Of a stretch of 64,000 bases of DNA, positions 9,595 to 20,600 are shown in pieces. Under the pieces are notes generated by a model. That model made no database searches, had not been told where the DNA came from, and saw only the letters and a list, made by a program, of their open reading frames with translations. The stretch is from Marinilabiliales bacterium. Lineage in GTDB: Bacteria; Bacteroidota; Bacteroidia; Bacteroidales; Prolixibacteraceae. Location of the stretch: NCBI GenBank assembly GCA_021286825.1, contig JAJTBP010000001.1, positions 4,729 through 68,728 of the forward strand, in the 5' to 3' direction. The position numbers were made by a program, and so were the translations under genes. Each line of letters starts with the position of its first letter. Within the stretch, counting starts at the first letter, position 1.

Positions 9595-11448
9595 ATGGAT
9601 CAGAATTTTGACTACATCGATAACTTACTTCAATACAAACGCCGGGTTTCTTCTCCCGTGAAGATCGGTGCGCTCACCATGGGCGGAGGTGAACCCATCC
9701 GTATCCAGTCTATGACGGATACCGACACGAACAATACGGAAGCTACTGTCAATCAGATCATCCGCATCATTGATGCGGGAGCCGATCTGGTAAGGGTAAC
9801 AGTTCAGGGTGTACGTGAAGCGGAGAACCTGCAGATCATTCGTCAGGAGTTGAACAAAAGGGGCTATACACAACCCCTTTGTGCCGACATCCACTTCAAT
9901 CCTTCAGCGGCCGACATAGCGATCCGCTATGTGGAAAAAGTCCGGATCAATCCCGGTAATCTTTACGACAAAAGAGCCGTCTTCATCCGCGTCAACTACA
10001 CGGATGAGGAATATCGTCTCGAACTGAAAAAGAGTGAAGAACGATTTGTTCCTTTCATTCGGGAATGCAAGGCAAGGGGAACGGCTTTGCGCATCGGTGC
10101 CAACCAGGGATCGCTTTCGGATCGTATCATGAGTCGGTATGGTGATACACCTGCCGGCATCGTGGAGTCGGTCATGGAATTTTTGCGCATCTGCAAGGCG
10201 GAGGATTACCACAACATTGTCATCTCGATCAAATCCAGCAATACACGACTGATGGTTTATACCGTCCGGTTGATGAGTTTTCGCATGCGACAGGAGGGGA
10301 TGAACTATCCCTTCCACATTGGTGTAACGGAGGCAGGCGAGGGAGAGGATGGCCGTATCAAATCGGCTGTTGGGTCCGGGGCCCTCTTTGCAGATGGCAT
10401 TGGGGATACCGTTCGCGTTTCACTCACGGAGGATCCCGCGGAGGAAATTCCTTTTGCCCGTAAGATTGTGGACATTTTCCGTGACCGGGAGAGCCATGCC
10501 CCCATCACTGCTCCGATGGTGGCACGTTCCAACCCCTTCGAGTACGAGAGACGTTCCAGCAGGCCGGTGCATGACATTGGCGGAAAGAATCCGGTTGTAG
10601 TCGTAGCCAGCCTGAATGGTTACAGCATCGATGAAATCAAAGCCATCAGTTCGGGCACCGAGCCAGACTATTTTTATGATGGCAAGTCGATTCTTGATCG
10701 GTTCGGGAAAGAATATCCGATCCTCACACTGGAGGAGTATCTTTACAACGACTTCTATGCCAGCAACATGCGTTTTGTGCGCATGAACAAAGCCGAATAT
10801 GACAAGTTCCGGGCTCACAATCCGGAAACACTTGAAAAGCTGAAACGGGAGAGGAAGATGGTGCTCATCATGGAGAGCAACAACCTGAATAGTTTTGCCG
10901 AGATGAGGGCCTTCTTTATGGAGTTGGATGCCCACATCTGCAAGATTCCGGTCATCCTGCATCGATCCTATAAAAAGAATGATTACGAGGCCCTGCTGCT
11001 CCGGTCCTGTACAGACCTTGGTGGCCTCTTCATCGATGGATATGGCGATGGCATCATGATTTCCAACGAAGGATCCCTCTCCTACAATGAGTTGAAGAAC
11101 CTATCCTTTGGCATTCTGCAGGCGAGTAGGATGCGGGTGACCCGGACAGAGTTCATCTCCTGTCCCGGTTGTGGAAGAACCTTGTTTGACTTAAGGGATA
11201 CCGTTGCCGAGATCAAAAAGAGTTTCAGTCACCTCAAAAACTTGAAGATAGGGGTGATGGGATGTGTGGTCAATGGTCCAGGCGAGATGGGAGATGTCGA
11301 CTATGGCTATGTGGGGGCTGGCAAAGGAACCATCAACCTGTACAAGGGTCAGAAGCTGATTCAGCGTCACGTCTCGGCCGACCGAGCCGTTGAGGAGTTG
11401 AAAAAGCTGATTCAGGAAAACGGAGAGTGGAAGGAGCCCCGCAAATAA
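9595..11448 (+). CDS. ispG: 4-hydroxy-3-methylbut-2-en-1-yl diphosphate synthase, long (insert-containing) form
   Basis: GGGEPIRIQSMT in the N-terminal TIM domain. FISCPGCGRT and MGCVVNGPGE are the 4Fe-4S ligands. The 617-aa length, with a central insert, is typical of Bacteroidota, Chlamydiae and plants. Confidence 0.95.
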   Translation: MDQNFDYIDNLLQYKRRVSSPVKIGALTMGGGEPIRIQSMTDTDTNNTEATVNQIIRIIDAGADLVRVTVQGVREAENLQIIRQELNKRGYTQPLCADIHFNPSAADIAIRYVEKVRINPGNLYDKRAVFIRVNYTDEEYRLELKKSEERFVPFIRECKARGTALRIGANQGSLSDRIMSRYGDTPAGIVESVMEFLRICKAEDYHNIVISIKSSNTRLMVYTVRLMSFRMRQEGMNYPFHIGVTEAGEGEDGRIKSAVGSGALFADGIGDTVRVSLTEDPAEEIPFARKIVDIFRDRESHAPITAPMVARSNPFEYERRSSRPVHDIGGKNPVVVVASLNGYSIDEIKAISSGTEPDYFYDGKSILDRFGKEYPILTLEEYLYNDFYASNMRFVRMNKAEYDKFRAHNPETLEKLKRERKMVLIMESNNLNSFAEMRAFFMELDAHICKIPVILHRSYKKNDYEALLLRSCTDLGGLFIDGYGDGIMISNEGSLSYNELKNLSFGILQASRMRVTRTEFISCPGCGRTLFDLRDTVAEIKKSFSHLKNLKIGVMGCVVNGPGEMGDVDYGYVGAGKGTINLYKGQKLIQRHVSADRAVEELKKLIQENGEWKEPRK

Positions 11449-11544
11449 TCCACAAATTTACCTTCTCATAACAGACTTTCACCGGGGCTGTAGCTTCGGG
11501 AGTGCAACAGTTTTTGCCGTGGTCGATCCGCCGAAGGCTTTATT

Positions 11545-12162
11545 TTACTGCCGTAAGCTCTCCGGTAATTGTTGCTGCAACCTTCCCGGTTGAACCGTCA
11601 AAGTGGCCATTCCCAATTGTTTTGCTGTCGCTACGTTGGCTGCCAGGTCATCGGCAAAGAGTGTCGATTGGGGAGAGGCGCCAGTCTCCTCCAGCACTTT
11701 CAGAAAGATGGCCGGGTCGGGTTTTCGCAGTCCCATTTGGTGCGAGTAGTAGCATTTTTTGAATAGCTGGTGAATGGGATAGCCAAAAGTGGTCAGGAAC
11801 ATTGATTCAAAATGGAGCCGGTGAATCTCGTTGGTGTTGCTGAGCAGATAGAGATCGTATGCAGTCGCCAGTCTTTCCAGCAGATGGATGGCTTCCGGGT
11901 AGAAGCCGGTGAGCATGGCATTCCAGGCCCTGTCAATCTCATCGTCTGAGGCGGGAGCTGACAAGGTTTGTCTGACTTGTTCACGAAAATTTTGTGGTGT
12001 GGCGTGACCCGTCTCGAATCCCAGAAAGAGGTCATTCTTTTCCGGTTGTTGTTGTGATGGCTCCGGTTCTCTCCACCCAAGCGAAGCAAAAGCGGATTTG
12101 CTCCTGGCAAGATCGATGTTCAACAACACACCACCAAGGTCCAGCAAAAGGGTTTTTATCAT
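11545..12162 (-). CDS. HAD-superfamily hydrolase (subfamily IA-like)
   Basis: MIKTLLLDLGGVLL (motif I-like), YLLSNTN (motif II) and FADDLAANV (motif IV). 205 aa. Confidence 0.75.
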   Translation of the reverse strand: MIKTLLLDLGGVLLNIDLARSKSAFASLGWREPEPSQQQPEKNDLFLGFETGHATPQNFREQVRQTLSAPASDDEIDRAWNAMLTGFYPEAIHLLERLATAYDLYLLSNTNEIHRLHFESMFLTTFGYPIHQLFKKCYYSHQMGLRKPDPAIFLKVLEETGASPQSTLFADDLAANVATAKQLGMATLTVQPGRLQQQLPESLRQ

Positions 12163-12171
12163 ACGAAGAGA

Positions 12172-13143
12172 TTACAATGGGACATATAGATCCAGAAACT
12201 TCTCGATTTCCGATTTGATAAAGCGGTTGGGTCGACTCACGAGGTCCATGGTATGGGGCCATCCGGGAAGCGGCAGCCAGGTGACGGGTACTCCCAGACT
12301 GTCGAGCTTGGTTTTCAGTTGTTCTGCTTGCCCGATGGGAACCAGGTTGTCGCGCGTACCATGGATGATCAGGGTCGGCGGACTGTTCTTCGTCGCCAGA
12401 AAGAGGGGCGAGGCTTCGTGGTAGGCTTGGGGGATGGCCGTGTAGGCTTGCCCCATCAGTCTGGTCACCATCCGTTGTGTGCGGGCATATTCGGTGGTAA
12501 GGTCCGTTGGGCCGTAGAGGTCGATCAGGCCACGGATGGTTACCGTGGAATCGGCTGAAACTTCTCGGGTCATCCCAAAGGCGGTGAGCATGGCCAGGTG
12601 GGCTCCGGCCGAACCACCCGCCAACACCGTCCGTTTGGGATCCAGATGATACTTCTCGGCTTCCCTGCCCAGAAATCCTACGGCCTCCCTCACATCTTCC
12701 ACACAGGCAGGAAAGGGGTGGTCTGGTACCAACCGATAATCCACCGTAGCTGTTGCATATCCAATGGAGGCAAAGTGTAAGGCATAATTCAGGTATTCAT
12801 TGCGGTTGCCATGAGCCCATGCACCTCCGTGAATGAAAAAGATCAGCGGGGCATTGCGGATCCCCTCCGCGGGCAGGAAGAGGTCGATGCGAAGGGTGTC
12901 CTTCCCGAGTATTTTGTAAACGATGTTCCTTTCGGCCCTGACACCTGACGGGACCGGTGGGGTGTTGTCGGTCAGGGACTCCAGTCCGCATTTGACGGCA
13001 ACAACGGTCGGGGCAATGCCATAATAACCTATCGGGGTTCGCTGTGGATTGAAGTAGCCCCAGACGGTGGGAAAACAGAACAGGGAGAGGATGAGGAGCA
13101 GCAAGGTCCCTACCGAAAGCAGCAATTTCCTTATTCTTTTCAT
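12172..13143 (-). CDS. Alpha/beta-hydrolase esterase (HGGAW-type, lipase/esterase fold)
   Basis: FFIHGGAWAHGN oxyanion motif and GGSAGAHLA nucleophile elbow. The ATG at 13143 gives MKRIRKLLLSVGTLLLLILSLF, a signal or anchor. The longer 13194 start would overlap the upstream gene. Confidence 0.75.
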   Translation of the reverse strand: MKRIRKLLLSVGTLLLLILSLFCFPTVWGYFNPQRTPIGYYGIAPTVVAVKCGLESLTDNTPPVPSGVRAERNIVYKILGKDTLRIDLFLPAEGIRNAPLIFFIHGGAWAHGNRNEYLNYALHFASIGYATATVDYRLVPDHPFPACVEDVREAVGFLGREAEKYHLDPKRTVLAGGSAGAHLAMLTAFGMTREVSADSTVTIRGLIDLYGPTDLTTEYARTQRMVTRLMGQAYTAIPQAYHEASPLFLATKNSPPTLIIHGTRDNLVPIGQAEQLKTKLDSLGVPVTWLPLPGWPHTMDLVSRPNRFIKSEIEKFLDLYVPL

Positions 13144-13168
13144 GGCAGTGCGGTGTGTGTATGGTTGC

Positions 13169-14305
13169 TCATTTTTTGTCCGGTATCTTTTCAACGAAGT
13201 GGACCGTACGCGCCCTCAAATTCTTGGAAGTGGCGACGGCAATGCCTCGTTGGTCCTGTTTGTTGACGGCACAATAGAAGTGGTAGACGATCCCTTTGTA
13301 TCGGACGACCCATGGTTTGTGTGCGTAGAGGTTGTCGAAGGGCTCGGAAGGGGCAATCAGGTCCTCTCCTTGCCAATCGGTCCAATGCACAAGGTCGTAG
13401 GAGCAGGCGAACCGGTCGAAGGCACCGGGTTTATCTTTCCAGAAGGCGCCAAAATAAAACATCACCCAAAGAGGTCCCATTTTTCGGATCTGTGCATCTC
13501 CCGTGATGCCCTGGTGGTGGTCGAGTACCGGCGATGTGCCATAACGTTGCCAATGGAGCAGGTCGTCCGAGACGGCCATTCCGATCCGCTCGGCAGTGCG
13601 GGAGGTGTCGCTCTTACCCCCTTTGGCATTGTAGAACATGACGAAGGGATGACCCAACGTCAATTGCTTGTCATGAATGACGGTGCTTTTGTAGAGTACT
13701 TCGTTGTCCCACCAACGGCTGTCGCGATCATCCGCTTTGAGTACCGGAGCAGAGAGCGTTTCCCAGGGCACCACCTTGTTGACGGGTTGCTCACTGCAGG
13801 CCATGCCGATGTTGATGGGCGGAGTCTCGTATCCCCTGGAACCTCCGCCGATGTATGAAAGCCAGTATCTGTCGCGGTATTTTTCCGCTTTCTGCGAACC
13901 CTTCCAGTCCGGATCTACCAAGGCCAGATAGCCGGCCTTCTGGTTACAGTCCCATCCCCCGTTGTTCGCAAATGAGAGGATCTTACCCAGTGTGTTCCAA
14001 TGCAACAGGTCCTTGCTTTGGGCTAGCCATGTTTCATAACCCCTGCCATCCCGGGAGGTCTTGCCATCGTAGACAATGTAGGTCATGTACCACTTCCCCC
14101 GGAATCGGAAAACCGTAGGGGAATCACATTTTTTTGAATCGTCCGGAGGTGCCAGTACCCATCCATATTTAAAGGGTGTTTTGACCTGTTCGTAGATCTC
14201 CTGCATTTTTTCAGGGGAGACAATGGCCTGTCCGTTGCTCCGGTTCAGGAGACCGCCAAGCAAAATCCAGAGGATCAAAACGGGTTTTTGGAACACACTT
14301 TTCAT
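13169..14305 (-). CDS. Secreted five-bladed beta-propeller glycosidase, GH130-like (family tentative)
   Basis: Signal peptide present. Two repeats of the pattern ...F.F.GKWYM.Y......G.E.WLA.S.DLLHW... and ...FVMFYNA........ERIGMAVSDDLLHW... are typical of the PF04041/GH130 (or GH43-like) fold. The family call is from memory, not a search. Confidence 0.55.
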   Translation of the reverse strand: MKSVFQKPVLILWILLGGLLNRSNGQAIVSPEKMQEIYEQVKTPFKYGWVLAPPDDSKKCDSPTVFRFRGKWYMTYIVYDGKTSRDGRGYETWLAQSKDLLHWNTLGKILSFANNGGWDCNQKAGYLALVDPDWKGSQKAEKYRDRYWLSYIGGGSRGYETPPINIGMACSEQPVNKVVPWETLSAPVLKADDRDSRWWDNEVLYKSTVIHDKQLTLGHPFVMFYNAKGGKSDTSRTAERIGMAVSDDLLHWQRYGTSPVLDHHQGITGDAQIRKMGPLWVMFYFGAFWKDKPGAFDRFACSYDLVHWTDWQGEDLIAPSEPFDNLYAHKPWVVRYKGIVYHFYCAVNKQDQRGIAVATSKNLRARTVHFVEKIPDKK

Positions 14306-14336
14306 GGCCTTACGAATCGGCAGTTGACAAATGTTT

Positions 14337-17300
14337 TCAATTGATGGCGATGACGCTGAAGGGTTCCATCAAACCGTAATCCGGCAGGATGTAATCTCCC
14401 GCAACGGGTAATCCGGCAGGAGCCGTATCCCAGTCGCCAGGTCCGATGATCCATTTCCCGGCAGCACTTTTGTAGAAGAATCCAAAGGTGTTTTTCAGGC
14501 TGCCGATCACATCGACCGTCAGGTTGCCTCCTTGGGCGAGTTCGCTTTTGGGAAGATCCAGCTCATAGGGCGGACGGGTGATCTGTCCGATTTGTTTGCC
14601 ATTCAGGCTGACCACCGCCAAGGTGCCATTCCATTTGTTCAGTCGGATCTTGTAGCTTTTTTCGCCGGAGAGGGTCCGATAGGTCTGTGTGTATCTGACC
14701 TTTTGTCCATAGAAGGGGAATCCGAGGGATTTCCAGGAGCCGATTTCCGTCAGGGCACCGGCGGCAATGGCATAACCCTGCTTGACGGGATTCAATCTGA
14801 ACTGCCCTACCACATAAATGGGCATGATTTCAGCATGTACCGACATCCTTGGTGCTTTGAGTACCACGGTATTGGTACCTGTGATCAGGTTGTCGCCTAC
14901 CGGAAACCGATGGAACTCCCTATCGATCCACCACCTGTCGGAGGGAGCGATCTTTGTTCCATTGAGAAAGACATCCCAGAGTTCAGGGCGTTCCACTACA
15001 AGGTCGAGTCCCTTCAGGGATTTTGGTGACTGACCGGCCGCCACATTGAAATGATAACTCACTTCAAAAGCCGATTGGATGCCGAAGGTGTCTAGCTCCA
15101 GGTAGCTTTTTTTGTATTGGATCTTGTGTTGCCACGGATTGCCCATTTTGAATCCACTGCTGTCGTAGAGGGCATGCATCGCCTTCATGAAATAGCTATC
15201 CTTCATATGGATCCGATTGGTCTTCAGGTCCAGGTAATCCAAAACCAGTACGTTGTCTGCCGAAGCAGCAACTTCGGTCTTGACTTTTTCCTCAACGACG
15301 GCTTCAACCCCGGGAACCGAGGTGTTTTCCATCTGGTTACCCGTCTTTTCGGCGGCAGCCAGGGCTGCGGTTCCCGTGTTGGGAATGAAGTAGAGTACGC
15401 TTCCAATGGGAGGCAATTGCAGATCGAAAGAGATCTGGCCATTCTCTGATTTGACCGGCTGAAGACTGCTTCGGCCAGTTTCCGGATCGAGTTTCAGCAG
15501 GCTTTTGCCCATTCCGGTGAGGGTGGCATTGACCGATCTGGCGGTATCTGTGTTGACCAAAAAGATCAGCTGACCATCCTTTAGCATCCGTCTTTGGTGG
15601 TAAAGTTCACCGGTGACGGGAAGCGATTCGGTGATGTCAAAATCCGGATCCCTGAGTGATGCAAGGCTGCCGGATTCGGTCACGGAACTGGCAAACTGCC
15701 ATTGTTTGGCAAAGGCCTTCATCAGCTCATTGGCCAGTAGGCTATCTTCCCCGTCGACGCGGGGGATGTTGCGGGTGAAGGAGAGGATCTTTCCCCCCTT
15801 CAGCAGATAATCCTTCAGCAGCAGATAGGTCCCCCGATCCAGATTTTCCATGGTGGCCGGGATGACCACGAGGGAATAAGAGCGTTTCCCCACCACCAAC
15901 CGGTCCTCTTTGACCGATCCCAGGGTGCGCAGGACCAGTTCCGATCCCAGGTCGTATTCGATCTGTGCCCTTTCCAGTTCGTAGACGAACCGTTTGAAGG
16001 CTACCTGTACCGTATCGATGGCCGCGTTTTTAACTTTCCTGGAAAAGTAGCTCCAGGCGGTGGTGTTGGGTTGCAGGACGAGGGTGCGGTTGATCTGCTC
16101 CCCGGCCGACATAGCCATGCAGATCCTGCCAATGTAGTCACCCATGGGTTTGTACTGGTCCCACCACGGTTCATGGTATGTGAAACTAGGCGGATAATCA
16201 AACTTCCGGACTCCTTTGATGGTGAAATAGGAGAGATGCTGATTGACGAAGTTGACACCGAGCACCACCTCCCAGTCGACCAGCCGTTTGTAGTTGGCAA
16301 AGTTGATCTCCCATCCGGCTCCGCCGTAGGTCTCGCTGAGTGTCCGGATGTGTCCACCCTGGTTGGCTGCGCTACGCAATTCGCGGATGGCGCGGGTATT
16401 GCCAAACTGTCCACCCTGACCGTTGGGGGTATAGGTGTTGCCCAACATGTCCACGCCGGGTTGCTGATGATAGATGTAAAAGGAGGCTTCATCCGAGCCG
16501 TCGGTGGGGCGTGGCCAGCCATGTTCCCAATAGTGGCCGGTCCATCGGAGGTGGTTGGCCTCGCAATAGGCGTGCCAAGGTTTGGCCCATCGGTCGATGA
16601 ACATTTCCAGCAAGGTGGTATAATAGTCGTGTCGTACCTTTTTCCAGTTGCCTGTCTCATCGATCAGACTGGGGAGGTTGATCTTCAGGTCATAGCCCCA
16701 TCGTTTCTGAAATTCGCTGTAGAGATCGGGTGTCCAGCGGAAAGAGTTCCTGGTTCCCAAAGCCGCCTCCAGGTTGGGTTCATCGGTGAAAATCCCCGGA
16801 AGGGTATTTCCGAATTCGGCCTTGTTGTATTGCGCATAACCTTTCATCGTGATTTCGATGAACTTTTCGGTGACCCCTTTGTACAACAGATCGACGTAAG
16901 GGAAGTTGCCCGTCCAGTAAGCCCGTTTGGCATAGGTCTTCGTGAAGAGGTAATATTTTCCAATCTTCCCCTGTTCTTCCTTGAGTGATGCTGAAATGTC
17001 GCGGAAGGTCTCGTTCTCCTGTTTCAAGACCACCTCATACTTTGTGGTATCAGTCCTGAGGGTATCCTGTACCAACCAGCTTAATCCGGTACCATGGGTA
17101 TAGGAATCGGGCATGGCTGCAGGGACATGTCCCCCGGCGAATCCACTCGGATAGCTGTTTTCATCATAGATCCAGACCTGCAGACCCAACTCTTTCCCTT
17201 TTTGTACGGTATAGGCAAACAGCTTGTCCCAATCTTCCGAAAGGTATTCGGTGATGAGCCCGGGACGGGGATGGACGAAGATGCCACCCAGTCCGCCCTC

Positions 17301-17531
17301 CTTGAATTTTCGCATGTGGAAGTCAATGCCCTCCTCGGTGATTTTGTCATTCCAGTCCCAGAGCGGTATGCTCCTGAATTCGGAAGGGGGGTTCAGAAAT
17401 TTCTGTTGAAGTGAGGCATAATCGGAAAGTGGGTTGCCGGGTTCCGATTTTGGAGTGGCACATCCGGCAAGCAAAAGCATCGCAAAAGCGATCCCTTTCC
17501 ATAGGTTTGGACGGGTTTTGTAGGGGGTCAT
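14337..17531 (-). CDS. Large lipoprotein glycoside hydrolase (GH106-like, 'GH2 sugar-binding' type; family tentative)
   Basis: Lipobox LLLAGC. FLNPPSEFRSIPLWDWNDKITEEGIDFHMRKFKEGGLGGIFVHPRPG is the N-terminal signature shared with GH106-type enzymes. The C-terminus has a jelly-roll tail (LNGKQIGQITRPPYELDL). 1064 aa. Confidence 0.6.
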   Translation of the reverse strand: MTPYKTRPNLWKGIAFAMLLLAGCATPKSEPGNPLSDYASLQQKFLNPPSEFRSIPLWDWNDKITEEGIDFHMRKFKEGGLGGIFVHPRPGLITEYLSEDWDKLFAYTVQKGKELGLQVWIYDENSYPSGFAGGHVPAAMPDSYTHGTGLSWLVQDTLRTDTTKYEVVLKQENETFRDISASLKEEQGKIGKYYLFTKTYAKRAYWTGNFPYVDLLYKGVTEKFIEITMKGYAQYNKAEFGNTLPGIFTDEPNLEAALGTRNSFRWTPDLYSEFQKRWGYDLKINLPSLIDETGNWKKVRHDYYTTLLEMFIDRWAKPWHAYCEANHLRWTGHYWEHGWPRPTDGSDEASFYIYHQQPGVDMLGNTYTPNGQGGQFGNTRAIRELRSAANQGGHIRTLSETYGGAGWEINFANYKRLVDWEVVLGVNFVNQHLSYFTIKGVRKFDYPPSFTYHEPWWDQYKPMGDYIGRICMAMSAGEQINRTLVLQPNTTAWSYFSRKVKNAAIDTVQVAFKRFVYELERAQIEYDLGSELVLRTLGSVKEDRLVVGKRSYSLVVIPATMENLDRGTYLLLKDYLLKGGKILSFTRNIPRVDGEDSLLANELMKAFAKQWQFASSVTESGSLASLRDPDFDITESLPVTGELYHQRRMLKDGQLIFLVNTDTARSVNATLTGMGKSLLKLDPETGRSSLQPVKSENGQISFDLQLPPIGSVLYFIPNTGTAALAAAEKTGNQMENTSVPGVEAVVEEKVKTEVAASADNVLVLDYLDLKTNRIHMKDSYFMKAMHALYDSSGFKMGNPWQHKIQYKKSYLELDTFGIQSAFEVSYHFNVAAGQSPKSLKGLDLVVERPELWDVFLNGTKIAPSDRWWIDREFHRFPVGDNLITGTNTVVLKAPRMSVHAEIMPIYVVGQFRLNPVKQGYAIAAGALTEIGSWKSLGFPFYGQKVRYTQTYRTLSGEKSYKIRLNKWNGTLAVVSLNGKQIGQITRPPYELDLPKSELAQGGNLTVDVIGSLKNTFGFFYKSAAGKWIIGPGDWDTAPAGLPVAGDYILPDYGLMEPFSVIAIN

Positions 17532-17658
17532 CGTTTCAGTTATTTGTTAGCAGAATGAATCGGTAGTTTCGGACCAGCACCTGTGATCCGGCTGCTCCAT
17601 GAGTAAAGATACAATCTATTGGGGGATGCCCGATAGAAGTGACCTCATTTTTTAAGGA

Positions 17659-20600
17659 TTAGGGCCTCGACAAGGATTTTTCCGCATCCGCGGATGAGTG
17701 GGCCGACCCATTGCTCTCTTCGGCAACGATGGTGACCGGGCCCAGTAATCCCGATTTCAGCAGTGGACTCTCCTTCTTGTAAAATTTCCATGTGGCATAG
17801 GTGAGCCGGCCGGAGCTACGTTCCTGCTTTGCCTCCATCCAATCGGGCCATTTGTGGTCGCGGATGCCATCGTCGGGCAAAAACTCGTCTCCGATCAATC
17901 GGTTTGGCCAGCAGTTGACAACGGTGATCTCCAGTTCGTTGGATCCGGATTGGACGAATGGAGTGATTTCCAGTCGGCCGGGCTGTGTCCAGATGACCCC
18001 TGCGTCTTGGCCATTCACCTTCACATGGGCCATGACCGCCACTTCACCCGGGTCGATGAAAAGCTTTCTGCCGGACTTGATTTCTTCTGCGCGTATCACA
18101 AACGTTTTTTTGTAGCGCGCTTTGCCTGAGTAATAGCGGATACCTGCCGCTTGGTTTTGTGCCCAATCTGTCAGGCTGTCGAATCGAATGGTGGCGGGTC
18201 CGCCCCATTTTGGATCAAACTCGACCCTCCAGGAACCGGTTAGTTGCCGGATCACCTTTGATTCCACGAAATTGGGTCCCGTTGCGGAGGCTTTCTCCCC
18301 TTTGGCAGATCGGAAAACCACAAAATAGCTTTCGGGGGGCTCCATCTCCAGGGGAAGTTTGACGAGATCCCCCTTTCGACGGCTGTCTCCCAAAGGTCGT
18401 ATCTCACCGGTCAGGGGATTCCACAGCTCAACCGTTCCCGGTTTGCAACGGAAGCTGCATTGGGGATGGATCTTTTCGTTCGATCGGTTGGAGAGGAAGT
18501 AGAGGTCGACCTCCTTCATCGTCCGATGGGTGTAGCGAACAGGCCCGTCTGTGGCAAAATCTTCTGTGACGTTCAGGGCGTGGAGCAGTTGAGCCGTCGT
18601 TTCGTAGGAAGGATAGGGTCGCATGGAATCCGTAAGCATCGATTGATCCAGAGCAAAGATGCCTCCCTCTCCCCTGTCGGGATCGGTGATCCGGTGATTT
18701 TTCCAAAGGTCTGCTGCCATGTCTGCCACCTCCTTGTCACACCGTGGATAGCCCGACAATCCAGGTGATTTCCTGGGTGCGATCCCGGCGACATAGGCGC
18801 CGGCTTCGACGAGTGCCTTGATTTTGTTGAGCAAGGCGGGTGTCATGGTCTCAATTAGGGGTAGTACCAGCAACCGGTAACTGCCACCATTGGGAAAGCA
18901 GACTTTGTGGTCGACGACGGTGGCTTCAGCCATCAGTACGCCGGGAGGACAACCATCGAAGTTGAAGCCTCTCCTGTCGGGGAGGGTGTCATTGCCTACC
19001 GTGGCAGAAAGCGGGGGACGGAAGACATGGGGCGCCCCTTCTGGCGTCAGATAGAGGAGGTCGGCTACTGTTTTGCCCTGTTGGAGCAGGTAGGAGCAGC
19101 GGGCGATGTAGCGGTGGTAGGCGTAGGCATATTCCCACCAGGTCTGATTTCGGTCCCAGTGGACACCATAAGGTCCCATGGTCATGCCTGGTTTCAGCTT
19201 TTCATCCAGGGGCTGATGGGCAAACGTGTGATAGTAAAACTTGTTGATACCAGCGGCAAAGGCCCAGTCACCCTGGTCTTTGATGGCTCCTGGATAGAGT
19301 TTCCAGCCTTCCGATTTCTCGGCTGTGAAGGCCTCTGCTTGCACCACCGGCTTTCCTTCCAGGTGTGCAACGGAGGTGGCTTCGATGGCGCTGAAGCTGG
19401 TGTTGTAACCATAGTTTCTGCTCCAGAATTCGCACATGGGAACATCGGCCACTGCACCCAGCTCGAGGTCAGCGGTGGGGTTCATGTCGTACGGTTCAAT
19501 AGAAAGCCTGAAACCATGGCGTCTTCCCAACTCCCTGAAGTGGCGGGCATGGTTCTGGATGACCAGCTCCTGGGCCGTCTGCCGAACATCCCAAAGGAAC
19601 CGCTCGCTGATTTCTGCCGAACCGACCAGGGTTCCTTGGTAGGTCAACAGATAGGGAAGTGGATCGTATCCCCTCCTTTTTGCAAATTCCTCACGGAATC
19701 CGGGAGCCCAATTCTGAGCCCCCATCTCCCAGCTGTCGATGTGGATCATCTTCCACCCGCCGGTCGAAGTTTTGTCGTTTCCACCGGTCACCGCCAGGAG
19801 CTTGCCCATGAAGGCCTCGAAATGGAGATTGAAGGCGGTGGTATCCATCTTGTCGCATTCGAATCCCAAACCGGGTTGAGGTGCCGGCCGTGTGACCGCT
19901 CCGTTGTTGCGCAATCCCAGTCTGCGGAGGGTCCATTTTCCGATCGGGACCCTCCATTCCAGCATGCCATCGGCAGAGAGTTGTGCTGTCAAGTTGCGAA
20001 TGCTGTCCGGATGAATAACGGCACCGGATGGCACCACCGGATAATTGACCGGGGTTGGAAGGAAAGGTCTTACTCCTTTCACGGAGGAATAGGGGGCCCT
20101 GTAGTAGAGGGCTTTCTCATCTGTGCCCGGCAAATGAACTTTTGATTCCGGACTTGGGAATGCCAGCAAGGCGATGTCTTGGTAATATTGATCCCAGAGT
20201 TTGCGCAGGGAGTCGGTCAGGGTGCCATAGCCGAAATAGGGTTTTTTGGGAGCGGGCAGTGGCAGTTTGGCCCGAATGATGGTTGGGCCTGTCACCACGG
20301 TATCTGCCGCAACCAGGTGTTGCATGGAATGAGCGGCATCTACCCAGGGTCCACCACTACCAGCCCATCCGGGACCTGAACCCAGGGTGAGTGCAATGCC
20401 CAGTCGCCGGGCCTCTTGGATGGCATGGTGAAACAACTGTTGCCATTGCGGACTCAAAAAAGTCACCGGTCCCCTCGGGATGCCTACGTTCACCTCCAGA
20501 AAAATCACACTGCCGATGCCGGCCTGTTTCATCGACTCCAGATCACGGGTGATCCCGGTGGCAGAAAGGTTGCCATCCATGAAATACCAGTAGACACCAG

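Noticed and set aside
18907-20145. Very long antisense ORFs inside the big glycosidase genes (for example 18907..20145 +, 412 aa; 16071..16988 +, 305 aa; 16001..16660 -, alternative frame; also 547..1107 + inside metK).
   Set aside because: They lie entirely within strongly supported genes on the other strand or frame. Their composition is low-complexity (Gly/Arg/Pro/Val-rich), they carry no recognisable motifs, and they are the expected shadow ORFs of coding DNA of 55% or more G+C.
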